From: an uncultured Bdellovibrionales bacterium
Lineage (GTDB): Bacteria; Patescibacteriota; Minisyncoccia; Moranbacterales; DUUL01
Reading direction: 5' to 3'
Assembly (NCBI GenBank): GCA_964421125.1
Contig: CAYQVD010000001.1
Location: 56,680 to 120,679 of the forward strand
Length of the DNA stretch: 64,000 nt
In this document: piece after piece, positions 19,133-29,127 of the stretch
Layout: the number at the start of each line of letters is the position of its first letter
Numbering within the stretch: position 1 is the stretch's first letter
The notes under the pieces: model-generated
Databases searched by the model: none
The model's input: the letters and a program-made list of their open reading frames with translations, nothing else
What the model was told of the DNA's origin: nothing
Position numbers and translations under genes: made by a program

Positions 19133-19215
19133 AAACAAATAAAATTAAAATTATTGCTAAAACAATATTAATCGATTAATATATAATAAGGAATAATAAC
19201 TTATTTAAAAAATTT

Positions 19216-20259
19216 ATGTCAAAAAAGACCATCTTTTCAGGAATTCAACCATCAGGAAATCTTCACCTCGGAAATTACCTTGGGGCTGTTAAAAACTGGG
19301 TAGAACTTCAAGAGGAGTACACTTCAATTTTTTGTGTGGTTGATCTTCATGCTATCACTATACCACAAGAACCAAAATTTCTTCGAAAAAAAACCATTGA
19401 AATTGCAAAAACTTATTTAGCTGCCGGAATTGACTCAGAAAAATCAACTCTTTTCGTTCAATCTCACATTCCACAACACACTGAATTAATGTGGATTTTG
19501 AATACAATTACAAAAATTTCTGAATTAGAAAAAATGACTCAATATAAAGATAAAGCTCGACGTGGTATTAAAAAATGGAAAAATGATAAGGGAGAAGAAA
19601 TTAAAAGAAAAGTCATTTCAAAAGAAGAATATACAAGTGCTGGTCTTCTTAATTATCCAATTCTAATGGCTGCTGACATTCTTCTCTATAACACCGAGGT
19701 TGTTCCTGTTGGTGAAGATCAGGTGCAACACATTGAGATTGCAAGAGATTTAGCTAAAAGGTTTAATCACAAGTTCGGAGAAACTTTCACAATTCCAAAA
19801 GCATTTCTTAAAGAAGAAGGAATGAGAATTATGGGACTAGATGATCCAACTAAAAAAATGTCTAAATCAGCTGATTCGAAATATAACCGAATTGAATTAC
19901 TTGATTCGCCAGAAGAAATCAAAGAAAAATTTATGAAAGCTGTTACTGATAGTGGATCTAATATTGAATATTCTGATGATCGACCAGCTTTGAAAAACTT
20001 GATTAACATTTTTTCTTCTGTTACTGAAAAAAGTACTGAAGAGATTGCCAGTGAATATAAAGATAAGGGATATAAAGAACTCAAAGAGTCTCTCACAGAT
20101 GCAGTAATTGAATTTCTAAAGCCTTTTCAAGAAAAATACAACGAACTTCAAGATGAAGATGTTTTGAAAATTCTCAATCAAGGAGCAAAAAAGCTTGAGC
20201 CAATCGCCCAAGCTAAAATAAAAGAAGTGAAAGAAAAAGTTGGATTTATCATTAATTAA
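19216..20259 (+). CDS. trpS: Tryptophanyl-tRNA synthetase
   Basis: Class I motifs: HIGH-type region GIQPSGNLHLGNYLGA and KMSKS. 347 aa. Confidence 0.92.
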   Translation: MSKKTIFSGIQPSGNLHLGNYLGAVKNWVELQEEYTSIFCVVDLHAITIPQEPKFLRKKTIEIAKTYLAAGIDSEKSTLFVQSHIPQHTELMWILNTITKISELEKMTQYKDKARRGIKKWKNDKGEEIKRKVISKEEYTSAGLLNYPILMAADILLYNTEVVPVGEDQVQHIEIARDLAKRFNHKFGETFTIPKAFLKEEGMRIMGLDDPTKKMSKSADSKYNRIELLDSPEEIKEKFMKAVTDSGSNIEYSDDRPALKNLINIFSSVTEKSTEEIASEYKDKGYKELKESLTDAVIEFLKPFQEKYNELQDEDVLKILNQGAKKLEPIAQAKIKEVKEKVGFIIN

Positions 20260-20263
20260 AAAA

Positions 20264-20752
20264 TTAATACTTTCTCTTTTTGATTACAACTAGTAATAAG
20301 AATGGAACTAAGGCCCAAATGAATCTTGCTAAATCTGAAACGAAAAGCTGTTGAGGAAAAGGCGTAAAGAATTCACTAATTTCTTTTGCTGAAATCCAAG
20401 TTAAGACTAAGCTAAGAGATAGACCAACGATAGCAAGTGCAATCACTAAAGTTTGTGCCCAAATAACAATTTTTCTTCCATGAAAATTAAGACCAAAAAC
20501 TTTTTTCATCATCCAAAAAACAATTGCAATTATTACAAGAAAATAAATTGCTCTAAAATTAATATCTTCGGGAAGAAAAAAAGATGACAGAGAAATCACA
20601 TAAGCAACGTAAACAGAAAGCAACAAGGAACCAAGATTTTTCTTTTTAATTAAAAAAATCAAAGCGACGCTGATTACTAAAAAAACTATCAATAGCCAAA
20701 TATCACCCGCATATTGACTTGGAATACCAATGTTAATTAAAAAATCTATCAT
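20264..20752 (-). CDS. Hypothetical small membrane protein
   Basis: 162-aa ORF with 4-5 TM helices, convergent with trpS. Confidence 0.4.
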   Translation of the reverse strand: MIDFLINIGIPSQYAGDIWLLIVFLVISVALIFLIKKKNLGSLLLSVYVAYVISLSSFFLPEDINFRAIYFLVIIAIVFWMMKKVFGLNFHGRKIVIWAQTLVIALAIVGLSLSLVLTWISAKEISEFFTPFPQQLFVSDLARFIWALVPFLLLVVIKKRKY

Positions 20753-20917
20753 TTTATTTTTGTTTAATTTTATTTAAAAAATTCTAAAGTAAATAATTTA
20801 TTGTTATTATAATCCTAAATGCGATTTTTTTCAAACACAATGTCTGAATTTATTTTTTTTAAGAGGAAATACTCTATAATACTAACAATAATCCACTACT
20901 AGTAGCTATAAACATTC

Positions 20918-23900
20918 ATGGTTATGAACAAGAAAAAGACAATTATTGATGCTGGGGTTGGACACATTAATATTTATTTTTTTGATACCCAAAATAAAAA
21001 AACAGAGAATGTTTTAATTACTGGTAATGATGACCTCCGAATACTTTTTCAAAAATATGATATTTTTGAAAAAATTAAAGACACCGATGTTTTTATAACT
21101 GGAAAACTAGCCAATATTGTTAAAAAAATTGTTAAAAAAGGAAATATTATTTTGCCAGTAGCAGCTCTCTGGGAAGCTGGAAAAAAATTGATGCATCAAA
21201 ATGAAAACAAAGACATTGAAGAGCTAGCTATTATTGACCTATCTGCTTCTGGATATTTACTAATTGGGATTGATAAAAAAGGAAATCTAAAAAACGATAC
21301 TCTAATAACTAATCCTCACTGTGGAGCTGGTAGTGGTGTAAACTTAGACCGAGTGTTACAAAAATTAGCAATCAAAAGAGATGGCGTAGATAAACTACTT
21401 TCGCAATATCTTGGAAAAAATAATAAAGAAGAAAGAGAAAAAATCAACATCAGAGCTGATCGTTGCGGTGTTTTTAGCTCTTCTGCTACTATATCTGACA
21501 AAAATCAAGGAATTCCTTTATCCTTTGCCCTAGCTACCACCATAAAATCAGAAGTGATAAAAACTTGCACAAAACTTCCAGAAAGATTTGAAAAGGTATA
21601 TTTGACAGGACGTGTTTTCAATTGGCAATTTGCCAGAGAATGCGCTCAGGACTATTTGAAAAAGAAAGGAACAAAAATAATTGAGCTTGATAAAGATAAT
21701 GATCTTTCCATTACTGGAACACTTGAACTTTCCAAAAAAGTGAAAAATGAAAATTTTAACAACGGAGAAACTGAATTAAAAAAAGAAGAAAAATTAGAAG
21801 AATTTCCCTCTTTTAAGTCAATTAAAAACAAACACGAAAAATCTAATTTATATAAAAGATTAGAAAGTGAACATATATCAGAATTGCAAGCTGACAAATT
21901 TGAAACAACCCCAGTGTATCTAGGCTTAGATGTAGGCTCAACCATGGCAAAGCTGGTAATATGCGATCAAAATGAAAATATTCTTCTTATAGACTCTTAT
22001 GGTAATTCTGGAGATACTATTGATACTGTAAAATCAATTTTCAACAGCTTAAAAAATAAAAACGTTCACAAGCTTCAAATATTAAACATTGGAATTACTG
22101 GAAGCGCCAGATATCAAGTTGAACAATCAATAACACAAATTTATCCTCAATTAAAAGATAAGGTTTCAGTTTTAGTAGAAAATTATGCTCATGCTCGAGG
22201 ATCAATTGATTATGCTCGAAATCATATTAAAACACTGAAAGAAAAAGGCATAAAAGATATTAATAACAAGTTTTGTATTCTAGTTGACATAGGAGGAGAG
22301 GACACTAAATTATCAACAATTACTTTAGAAAAAGGAGAGCTTTTTGATAATGTCATGAATGTAAAATGTTCAGCTGGAACTGGCAGTCTAATGGACACCC
22401 TCACTTCTCTGTTTGGAATGGACAATGTTGAAGAAGCTTGTAATCTAGCCTTTAATGCTGAAAAATCATATGCCATAAATGCTACTTGTGCAGTATTTTT
22501 AATGGAAAATGCTAGAAAATTACAGGCTCAAGGATATCCAAAAAATGAAATTCTAGCTTCAGCTAATTGGGCAATTGTAGAAAACATGGCTAGAAGCCTT
22601 TGGGGTCAAATTGATTTACCAAAAAATGCTATCACACTATTGCATGGTCAAACTATGCTCTCTGAACCTCTTCCTCTTGCTGTTTGTAATAGACTACAAG
22701 AATTTACCAATTCAAAAAATTACTGCCTAGTCCCTCCTTATCCAGGACATCGAGCTTGTATTGGACTAATAAAATCTCTGTCTAAAGATAATACAAATGA
22801 AACAAAAGAAATAATTTTACAAAGTTTTATTGAAAAAAAATTCTCAAAAAAAGTTATAGTTTGCAATGGCGTAGCCTGTGGAGATCGTAATGCACGTTGC
22901 AATAGAACTTTATTAAGTTGTACTAATGATAATAATGAAAAATTTAGTTTCACTCTCGGTGGTTGTACAGCTGTAAATGAACTTCTTAATAAAAAAGTAA
23001 AGCCTAATAAAAAACCAATTGATTCCTATAAAGAATTATGGAATTTCATTGATTCTCATCATCCAACAACAGAAGATAAAAATAGATTAATAATTCCAAG
23101 GAGCTTTGCCGTAAGTGAGTGGGCATATTTTTTATCTCAAATTTTTGAAGATATTGGAATAAAAACACATGTAGACAATGTGCAAGAAAAAGATATTCTA
23201 AATGCACAACCACTTTTCAATATCGACACTTGCGCCCCTCATATTGGAGCAGTTGGTCAATATAGACGATTAGCGAATGAACCACACGGAATGATTTTAG
23301 CCCCTCAAATTACCTTTTTACCTACTAATAAAAAAAGCCTAGGAAGAACCTGTACTCTTAATCAAGGAGGAATAGCCACAGCAAAAAACTTAGCTACCCT
23401 AAAAAACAAAAATTCTAAATTCCATTTATTTAGCATGAATCTTAGCGAACTAGATTCTAAAAAAATCAGCAACAACATTTTTCATCAATTGAAACCAGTT
23501 CTTAATTACTACAAAAAAAATATTAGTCGTAAAAGCTTTGAAAAATCAGTAACCAACGCACTTAAACTTAACGATAAACTCAAAAATGCAGTAGCAGATA
23601 AAGCAGCCATCTTTGCAGAAAAAGCTCTAGCAGATAACAAACAAATCGCGTTAGTCGTTGGACGTGAATACATCCTAAATCCAGGAATATACGACAGCCA
23701 CGCTGGAAGACTACTACGAGATAAGGGAATGCTAGTTTTACCTTCCTATGTTTTTGACGTGGAACTAGATGATGATTTCAAACACATCTACTGGAAAAAT
23801 CCTCACACAATCACAAGTATTGTTAAATATGTTTCCCAAAACAACTTAAGCAAAAAAATAAAAAATTTGAAACTTAAAAAAGTTTTTGAAAAAATTGAAT

Positions 23901-25555
23901 CAAATAATAATAATCAATACCCTATTGTTCAAGTATCAACTTTTCGCTGTGGACCAGACAGTGCTACTTCTCATCTTATTTCAGAAATAACAAAAAAAAG
24001 ACCGTTCCTGTTGATTCAATCTGACGCTATCATTAAAGAATTGGCTCATCTGGAAAACAGAGTTAATACCCATATAAAACAAATAGAACAAGACCTTCAC
24101 TCAAAACTTTTAGATGAAGAAAATGAAGATTTTGAAATTAAAATCTTGGAAAACTTTCAAAATACTCAAGATATTGATAAGGAAACGGATGTAATTTATT
24201 TTCCGACACTTGGAGACAATAGGACAATTTCCTCTGTCGTTAGATCCATTGGATTTACTTGTATTGATAATTTTAATGACGAAAGCTATAATCTCTCAGA
24301 CCTTATAAAAGAAGGTCGAAAATATGCCGGCGACTCCATTTGCGCTCCACTCGCAGCTGTCTTTGGAGATACCATTAGAGCAGTTGAAGATTTTAAAAAA
24401 AGAAAAGACAATAATGATCCTTTGTTTATAAATAAAAAACGAGTTTTAGTCTTTAATAACAAAGGAACTGGTCCATGCAGACAAGGTCAATATAGTGAAG
24501 TACACAAATTACTTGCTCATCAAAAATATTCAAACTCAGAAGATCAAAATCTTCTTAAATTCCTAGTTAGCGATGAAAGAAAGGGTTATAATTTCGGTGT
24601 TGACAAGGCAATTCTAATTCGAGCATTCAAAGGCGGAATACTTCAAGGTGTTCTTCATCAAATATTATTTAATTTTGGTTCAAGTTGCAATAACTTAAAA
24701 GAATACAAAGTATTTAAAGAAGAATTTAAATATCTTAAAAAGAAAATATTCAAAATTCAAGAAAATACAAAACCAAATGAAAAATTCCTAGAAAAGACAA
24801 ATCTTATTCAAAAAATACCACTGATTAATGAAATTATTAAATATTATGGTTATGGCCTTAATAATAAAAATATAGAAAAAGAACTTTCAAAATTTACCGA
24901 TAAATGGAAAAGGCAAATAAGAATAAAAACAAAAGATATTATCAAAATCCACATTGAAGGAGAAGCCTATTTACGTATAGCTCAAAGTGAAGAAGTTTTT
25001 AATAATCTATTATCAACTCTCGGTTTTAATAAATTTAACCTTGAATACACTCCGGTTTGGTCCTATCTTGAATACATTCTTTTAAATCAAATAAATATTG
25101 AAAAAGAAAAAATCAGCAATGACAAAACATTCAAAAACATCTTTAATTCCAGTAAAAAAATCATGAAACTAAATCTTGCTCATTTTTTCATAAGAAATAT
25201 CTTAGCAAAACCACTTTACAAAGCAGTGAAAATAAAAGTTCCTGAATCAATGAAGAAAATTTTAGAATTATCAAAAAAAATAATCCCAACGCTACAACCA
25301 GCAGGAGAGCTAACTCCCTACGTAGGAGAAGCTATTCATAAACTTGAAAATGACACAGACCTACTCCTTAATATTGCTCCGGAAGGCTGTATGGTTTCTT
25401 CTATGGGAGAAGTTTTAACTCCGAAAATATTAAACTATACTAAAAACAAAGGAGGAATTCAAAATTTATTCTCTCAAGACGGAGAAATTAACGATGAAAT
25501 ATTAACGACTGCACTCTTGAAAATACTCGGACCTGAAAAATTCTATAAAAAATAA
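20918..25555 (+). CDS. Giant CoA-substrate-specific enzyme activase-like protein: two BcrAD/BadFG (HgdC-type) ATPase domains fused to a 2-hydroxyacyl-CoA dehydratase D-component-like (DUF2229/HgdB-like) domain
   Basis: 1545 aa. N-terminal region has NPHCGAGSGVNLD; second ATPase has LGLDVGSTMAKLV, DIGGEDTKL and KCSAGTGSLMD (both resemble the activase CAAGTG cluster-Cys motif). Downstream FRCGPDS and CGDRNARC are typical of dehydratase-like partner domains. Confidence 0.55.
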   Translation: MVMNKKKTIIDAGVGHINIYFFDTQNKKTENVLITGNDDLRILFQKYDIFEKIKDTDVFITGKLANIVKKIVKKGNIILPVAALWEAGKKLMHQNENKDIEELAIIDLSASGYLLIGIDKKGNLKNDTLITNPHCGAGSGVNLDRVLQKLAIKRDGVDKLLSQYLGKNNKEEREKINIRADRCGVFSSSATISDKNQGIPLSFALATTIKSEVIKTCTKLPERFEKVYLTGRVFNWQFARECAQDYLKKKGTKIIELDKDNDLSITGTLELSKKVKNENFNNGETELKKEEKLEEFPSFKSIKNKHEKSNLYKRLESEHISELQADKFETTPVYLGLDVGSTMAKLVICDQNENILLIDSYGNSGDTIDTVKSIFNSLKNKNVHKLQILNIGITGSARYQVEQSITQIYPQLKDKVSVLVENYAHARGSIDYARNHIKTLKEKGIKDINNKFCILVDIGGEDTKLSTITLEKGELFDNVMNVKCSAGTGSLMDTLTSLFGMDNVEEACNLAFNAEKSYAINATCAVFLMENARKLQAQGYPKNEILASANWAIVENMARSLWGQIDLPKNAITLLHGQTMLSEPLPLAVCNRLQEFTNSKNYCLVPPYPGHRACIGLIKSLSKDNTNETKEIILQSFIEKKFSKKVIVCNGVACGDRNARCNRTLLSCTNDNNEKFSFTLGGCTAVNELLNKKVKPNKKPIDSYKELWNFIDSHHPTTEDKNRLIIPRSFAVSEWAYFLSQIFEDIGIKTHVDNVQEKDILNAQPLFNIDTCAPHIGAVGQYRRLANEPHGMILAPQITFLPTNKKSLGRTCTLNQGGIATAKNLATLKNKNSKFHLFSMNLSELDSKKISNNIFHQLKPVLNYYKKNISRKSFEKSVTNALKLNDKLKNAVADKAAIFAEKALADNKQIALVVGREYILNPGIYDSHAGRLLRDKGMLVLPSYVFDVELDDDFKHIYWKNPHTITSIVKYVSQNNLSKKIKNLKLKKVFEKIESNNNNQYPIVQVSTFRCGPDSATSHLISEITKKRPFLLIQSDAIIKELAHLENRVNTHIKQIEQDLHSKLLDEENEDFEIKILENFQNTQDIDKETDVIYFPTLGDNRTISSVVRSIGFTCIDNFNDESYNLSDLIKEGRKYAGDSICAPLAAVFGDTIRAVEDFKKRKDNNDPLFINKKRVLVFNNKGTGPCRQGQYSEVHKLLAHQKYSNSEDQNLLKFLVSDERKGYNFGVDKAILIRAFKGGILQGVLHQILFNFGSSCNNLKEYKVFKEEFKYLKKKIFKIQENTKPNEKFLEKTNLIQKIPLINEIIKYYGYGLNNKNIEKELSKFTDKWKRQIRIKTKDIIKIHIEGEAYLRIAQSEEVFNNLLSTLGFNKFNLEYTPVWSYLEYILLNQINIEKEKISNDKTFKNIFNSSKKIMKLNLAHFFIRNILAKPLYKAVKIKVPESMKKILELSKKIIPTLQPAGELTPYVGEAIHKLENDTDLLLNIAPEGCMVSSMGEVLTPKILNYTKNKGGIQNLFSQDGEINDEILTTALLKILGPEKFYKK

Positions 25556-25604
25556 AGAACTATTCCTACTTACTAGATTATCTCCTTTTGCTATATCTTA
25601 AAAA

Positions 25605-26453
25605 ATGCTTATGGAAAACATATTAACTTTCTGGCAAAACATTCCTTACAATATCAGTGAAATCGCTTTTTCAATTGGCCTTTTTCAAATAAAATGGTAT
25701 TCGATTTCCTACGTTCTCGTAATCTTAACAATTGCATTACTTTTATGGTGGAGAATTAATAGAAATGAACTTCCAGAAATAAAAACATCTAAAGAAAAGT
25801 TTTCTCAAGATCTTCTTGATATCGGAATTTTCACTTTCCTTGGAGTTCTTTTGGGTGCTAGAATTGGATATGCTTGTTTTTATGATCAATCTTTATTATT
25901 CTCAAATATTTCACAACTCTTCAATCCATTCGAAAATGGTCAATTTATCGGCATCTACGGGCTTTCTTTTCATGGAGGATTAATTGGTTCCGCTCTCACA
26001 GGATTTGCAATAATTAAATTTAAAAAATATTCATTTCTACCAATCGCAAACTTTGTCATTCCAGCAATTCCTTTAGGTTATTTCTGGGGAAGAATCGGAA
26101 ACTTTCTTAATAAAGAACTTATTGGGAGAGTAACTGACTCTCTAATCGGAATGAATTTCTCAGAAAATTTCCAGAGAGTACTTTTAAATCATCCCTCCCA
26201 ACTCTACGAAGCACTGGGAGAAGGACTGTTAATCTTTCTTATTCTTTGGCCAATTCGAAATCATTTAGTTTTCAAAAAATATCTTTTTGCAATATTCCTA
26301 ATTCTCTATGGAACAATTCGCTTTATTATCGAATTTTTCCGACAACCAGAAATCACCTTCAATTGGTTGACAATGGGTCAAATTTTGTGCTTTGCTATGA
26401 TAATAACTGGAATATTTATAATATTTTTCTCTTTCAAGATAAGAAAAAATTAA
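25605..26453 (+). CDS. lgt: Prolipoprotein diacylglyceryl transferase
   Basis: Lgt signatures: W..Y..YVL near the N-terminus, GLSFHGGLIGSAL, GRIGNFLNKELIGR. Confidence 0.85.
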   Translation: MLMENILTFWQNIPYNISEIAFSIGLFQIKWYSISYVLVILTIALLLWWRINRNELPEIKTSKEKFSQDLLDIGIFTFLGVLLGARIGYACFYDQSLLFSNISQLFNPFENGQFIGIYGLSFHGGLIGSALTGFAIIKFKKYSFLPIANFVIPAIPLGYFWGRIGNFLNKELIGRVTDSLIGMNFSENFQRVLLNHPSQLYEALGEGLLIFLILWPIRNHLVFKKYLFAIFLILYGTIRFIIEFFRQPEITFNWLTMGQILCFAMIITGIFIIFFSFKIRKN

Positions 26454-26467
26454 AACAATCCAGAAAA

Positions 26468-26601
26468 GATTTAATATATTTATTTTTTGAACACAATGGT
26501 TTCGAGAAGAAAGATAAATTTAGCCAGCAAATTAACGCCTTTAATCATTTAAGGATTAAAAGCAAAGATAAATTCAGTGAAAAAAATGAATATATTAAAT
26601 C
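26468..26601 (+). repeat. Intergenic conserved element, copy B (upstream of tsaD), closed by a 19-bp inverted repeat (18/19)
   Basis: gatttaatatatttatttt ... aaaatgaatatattaaatc. Internal ttgaacacaatgg and gataaattcagtgaaaaaaatgaatat. Confidence 0.65.
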
Positions 26602-26631
26602 TTAACACTCTTGATTTACGGTAATAACTAT

Positions 26632-27732
26632 ATGAAAATCCTCGCCATCGAAACTTCTTGTGATGAAACCGCTGCTTCAGTCATTTCCTTTTTACAAGAT
26701 AAAATAGACATTCAATCAAATATTGTTTCATCTCAAATAAAAATCCACGCTGAGTGGGGTGGTGTTGTGCCAAATCTAGCTGCTCGAGAACATCTTAAAA
26801 ACATCATACCCGTTATTAATGAGTCGCTCGATCAATCCAAAACAACTCTCGAAGAAATTAATCTCATTGCTGTCACTTATGGACCAGGACTTATCCCTGC
26901 TCTTTTAATCGGAACAAGTGCCTCAAAAACATTAAGCTATTTTTCTAACAAGCCCTTAATTGGAATAAATCACGTCGAAGCTCATGTTTATGCAAATTAT
27001 TTTTCTGAAAACAAAAAACTTTTAAATGATTTTGAATTCCCGATTCTCGCGCTTATTGTTTCTGGTGGTCATACTCAACTAATATTAATCAAGGATCATC
27101 TTAAATATAAAATAATCGGAGAAACCCAAGATGATGCCATCGGAGAAGCCTTTGATAAGATAGCAAAAATTCTTAAACTTGGATATCCTGGTGGACCAAT
27201 CATCTCAAAACTTGCTGATGAAACAAAAAACAAAGAAGTTGATTTAATTAAAAATACTGAAATAAAAAAACTTTTCGAAAACCTAAAATTTCCTCGACCA
27301 ATGATTGGATCAGGAGATTTTAATTTTTCTTATTCTGGACTCAAAACTTCTGTAATGTATTTTTTCAAAAAACTAACAACCCTATCTCCATCAGAAAAAG
27401 ACTTGGAAGTTAGCAAAAAATTAATAGCAAAATATTTTCAAGAAGCTGCCGTAGAAATTTTAATAAAAAAATCTCAAAAGGCTATTGAAGAATACGACGC
27501 AAAAACTTTTCTTCTTGCAGGAGGAGTGGCTGCTAATTCATATTTACGAAATCAAATTTCAGAAAATATTAAAATTCCTTTTCATTTTCCACCACTCGAA
27601 CTTTGCGGAGATAACGCCGCCATGATCGCCATCTCTGCCTATTACCAATATCAAAATCTTTCTAAAAAAGAAAAAGCTAATTTAACGAGCAACTGGAAAA
27701 CCCTCGAAGCAGATTCTAACTTAAGATTGTAA
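26632..27732 (+). CDS. tsaD: tRNA N6-adenosine threonylcarbamoyltransferase TsaD (Kae1/Gcp family)
   Basis: MKILAIETSCDETAASV start is typical of TsaD (the ORF-track start at 26611 is probably an upstream in-frame extension). Metal-binding His motifs (INHVEAH). About 366 aa. Confidence 0.9.
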   Translation: MKILAIETSCDETAASVISFLQDKIDIQSNIVSSQIKIHAEWGGVVPNLAAREHLKNIIPVINESLDQSKTTLEEINLIAVTYGPGLIPALLIGTSASKTLSYFSNKPLIGINHVEAHVYANYFSENKKLLNDFEFPILALIVSGGHTQLILIKDHLKYKIIGETQDDAIGEAFDKIAKILKLGYPGGPIISKLADETKNKEVDLIKNTEIKKLFENLKFPRPMIGSGDFNFSYSGLKTSVMYFFKKLTTLSPSEKDLEVSKKLIAKYFQEAAVEILIKKSQKAIEEYDAKTFLLAGGVAANSYLRNQISENIKIPFHFPPLELCGDNAAMIAISAYYQYQNLSKKEKANLTSNWKTLEADSNLRL

Positions 27733-27749
27733 TTCTAAATAACGAAAGG

Positions 27750-27844
27750 GTTGATATGTTTATTTTTTGAACGTAATGATATCAATTTAGATGACTCCAA
27801 AAAAAGGAAAATAAATTCAGTGAAAAAAATAAACATATCAACTC
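27750..27844 (+). repeat. Intergenic conserved element, copy C (upstream of miaA), closed by a perfect 19-bp inverted repeat
   Basis: gttgatatgtttatttttt ... aaaaaataaacatatcaac. Internal gaacgtaatg and aataaattcagtgaaaaaaataaacat. Confidence 0.7.
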
Positions 27845-27869
27845 TTTATAAATCCTTCATTTATTAAAT

Positions 27870-28805
27870 ATGAAAAAAATTCCTGTCATCCTCGGACCAA
27901 CATCTTCTGGGAAATCAGAAATTGCTGTAAAATTAGCAAAGCATTTTAATGGTGAAATTATTTCGACTGATTCAAGACAAATATACAAAGATATGAATCT
28001 TGGAACTGGAAAAGTTAAAGGAGAATGGATTAATAAGAATGATGAAAAAATATATTCATACAAAAACACCCCTCATCACTTAATTGATTTCGTTAGCCCA
28101 AAAGATGATTATAATGTTTCGCATTTCAAAAAAGATGCTAAGAAAAAAATTACTGAAATTCTTCAAAGAAAAAGAATGCCAATTCTTTGCGGAGGAACCG
28201 GCTTTTGGATTCTTTCATTAATTGATAATTTAAATTTTCCAAAAGTAGAACCTGATCTAACTCTAAGAAAAGAACTAGAGAGAAAATCAAATGAAGAACT
28301 TTTAGAATTACTTGAAAAACTTGATCCAGAAAGAGCCAAAACTGTTGATTCAAAAAATAAGATTCGCTTGATCCGAGCAATTGAGATTGCTAAAAAACTC
28401 GGAAAAGTTCCGAAAGTAGAAATGTTTCCAGAAAAAACCCCTATCTTCGAATTTGAAAATGAAAAAGTTCCTTTTATTCAAATCGGCATTGACTGGCCAA
28501 TTAAAAAACTTTCAGAAAAAATAAAAGATCGACTTGACGATCGATTTCAAGCTGGAATGATTGAAGAAATTAAAATGCTACAAGAAAAATATCAAATTAG
28601 TCTTGAAAAAATTCAGTCTTTCGGCCTAGCTTACCACTGGATTCCAGAATTCATAAAAGGAAACATTTCAGAAAAAGAATTGCGAGAAAAAGTCTATTTT
28701 GCCGAACGAGGCTATGCCAAACGCCAAAAAACCTGGTTTAAAAGAGATGAAAGAATCATCTGGAAAAATGATACTAAAAAGATTATAAAATTAATAGAAA
28801 AATAA
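27870..28805 (+). CDS. miaA: tRNA dimethylallyltransferase
   Basis: P-loop ILGPTSSGKSE, then STDSRQIYKDMNLGTGK, characteristic of MiaA. 311 aa. Confidence 0.9.
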   Translation: MKKIPVILGPTSSGKSEIAVKLAKHFNGEIISTDSRQIYKDMNLGTGKVKGEWINKNDEKIYSYKNTPHHLIDFVSPKDDYNVSHFKKDAKKKITEILQRKRMPILCGGTGFWILSLIDNLNFPKVEPDLTLRKELERKSNEELLELLEKLDPERAKTVDSKNKIRLIRAIEIAKKLGKVPKVEMFPEKTPIFEFENEKVPFIQIGIDWPIKKLSEKIKDRLDDRFQAGMIEEIKMLQEKYQISLEKIQSFGLAYHWIPEFIKGNISEKELREKVYFAERGYAKRQKTWFKRDERIIWKNDTKKIIKLIEK

Positions 28806-28830
28806 AAACACCATTGAGGGTGTTTTTATT
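28806..28830 (+). terminator. Rho-independent terminator of miaA
   Basis: aacacc-attgag-ggtgtt followed by tttatt. Confidence 0.7.
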
Positions 28831-28835
28831 GAAAT

Positions 28836-28911
28836 GAGCCACCTATCGGAATCGAACCGATGACCTACTGTTTACAAGACAGTCGCTCTAGCCATCTGAG
28901 CTAAGGTGGCC
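28836..28911 (-). tRNA. tRNA-Thr (anticodon UGU)
   Basis: Reverse complement ggccaccttagctcagatggctagagcgactgtCTTGTAAacagtaggtcatcggttcgattccgataggtggct. Anticodon loop CTTGTAA. Confidence 0.8.
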
Positions 28912-28942
28912 TTCTAATTTTTAAATAATAATTAAAACTTAA

Positions 28943-29029
28943 ATGGTGGGCCGGAACGGATTCGAACCGCCGTAGACGTAAGTCGCCTGATTTACAGTCA
29001 GGTGCATTTGACCACTCTGCCACCGACCC
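28943..29029 (-). tRNA. tRNA-Tyr (anticodon GUA), type II, CCA encoded
   Basis: Reverse complement gggtcggtggcagagtggtcaaatgcacctgaCTGTAAAtcaggcgacttacgtctacggcggttcgaatccgttccggcccacca. Long variable arm, typical of bacterial tRNA-Tyr. Confidence 0.8.
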
Positions 29030-29127
29030 ATATATTTGGTAACCATTAAAACAACTTTTCAAAAAACTTACACATCATAATTACATCACAATAACATCCA
29101 TTTAACTATAATAAAACTCCTCTGTCA

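Noticed and set aside
18991-19179. 62-aa ORF on the plus strand upstream of trpS
   Set aside because: It lies entirely within conserved intergenic element copy A. Better explained as noncoding.
26246-26605. 119-aa ORF overlapping the 3' end of lgt and the intergenic element upstream of tsaD
   Set aside because: Out of frame with lgt and running through repeat copy B. No RBS. The Lgt frame has a clear family match.
26611-26631. Upstream start (MIYGNNY) for tsaD given by the ORF track
   Set aside because: TsaD homologs begin at the MKILAIETSCDET motif. The start at 26632 is preferred.
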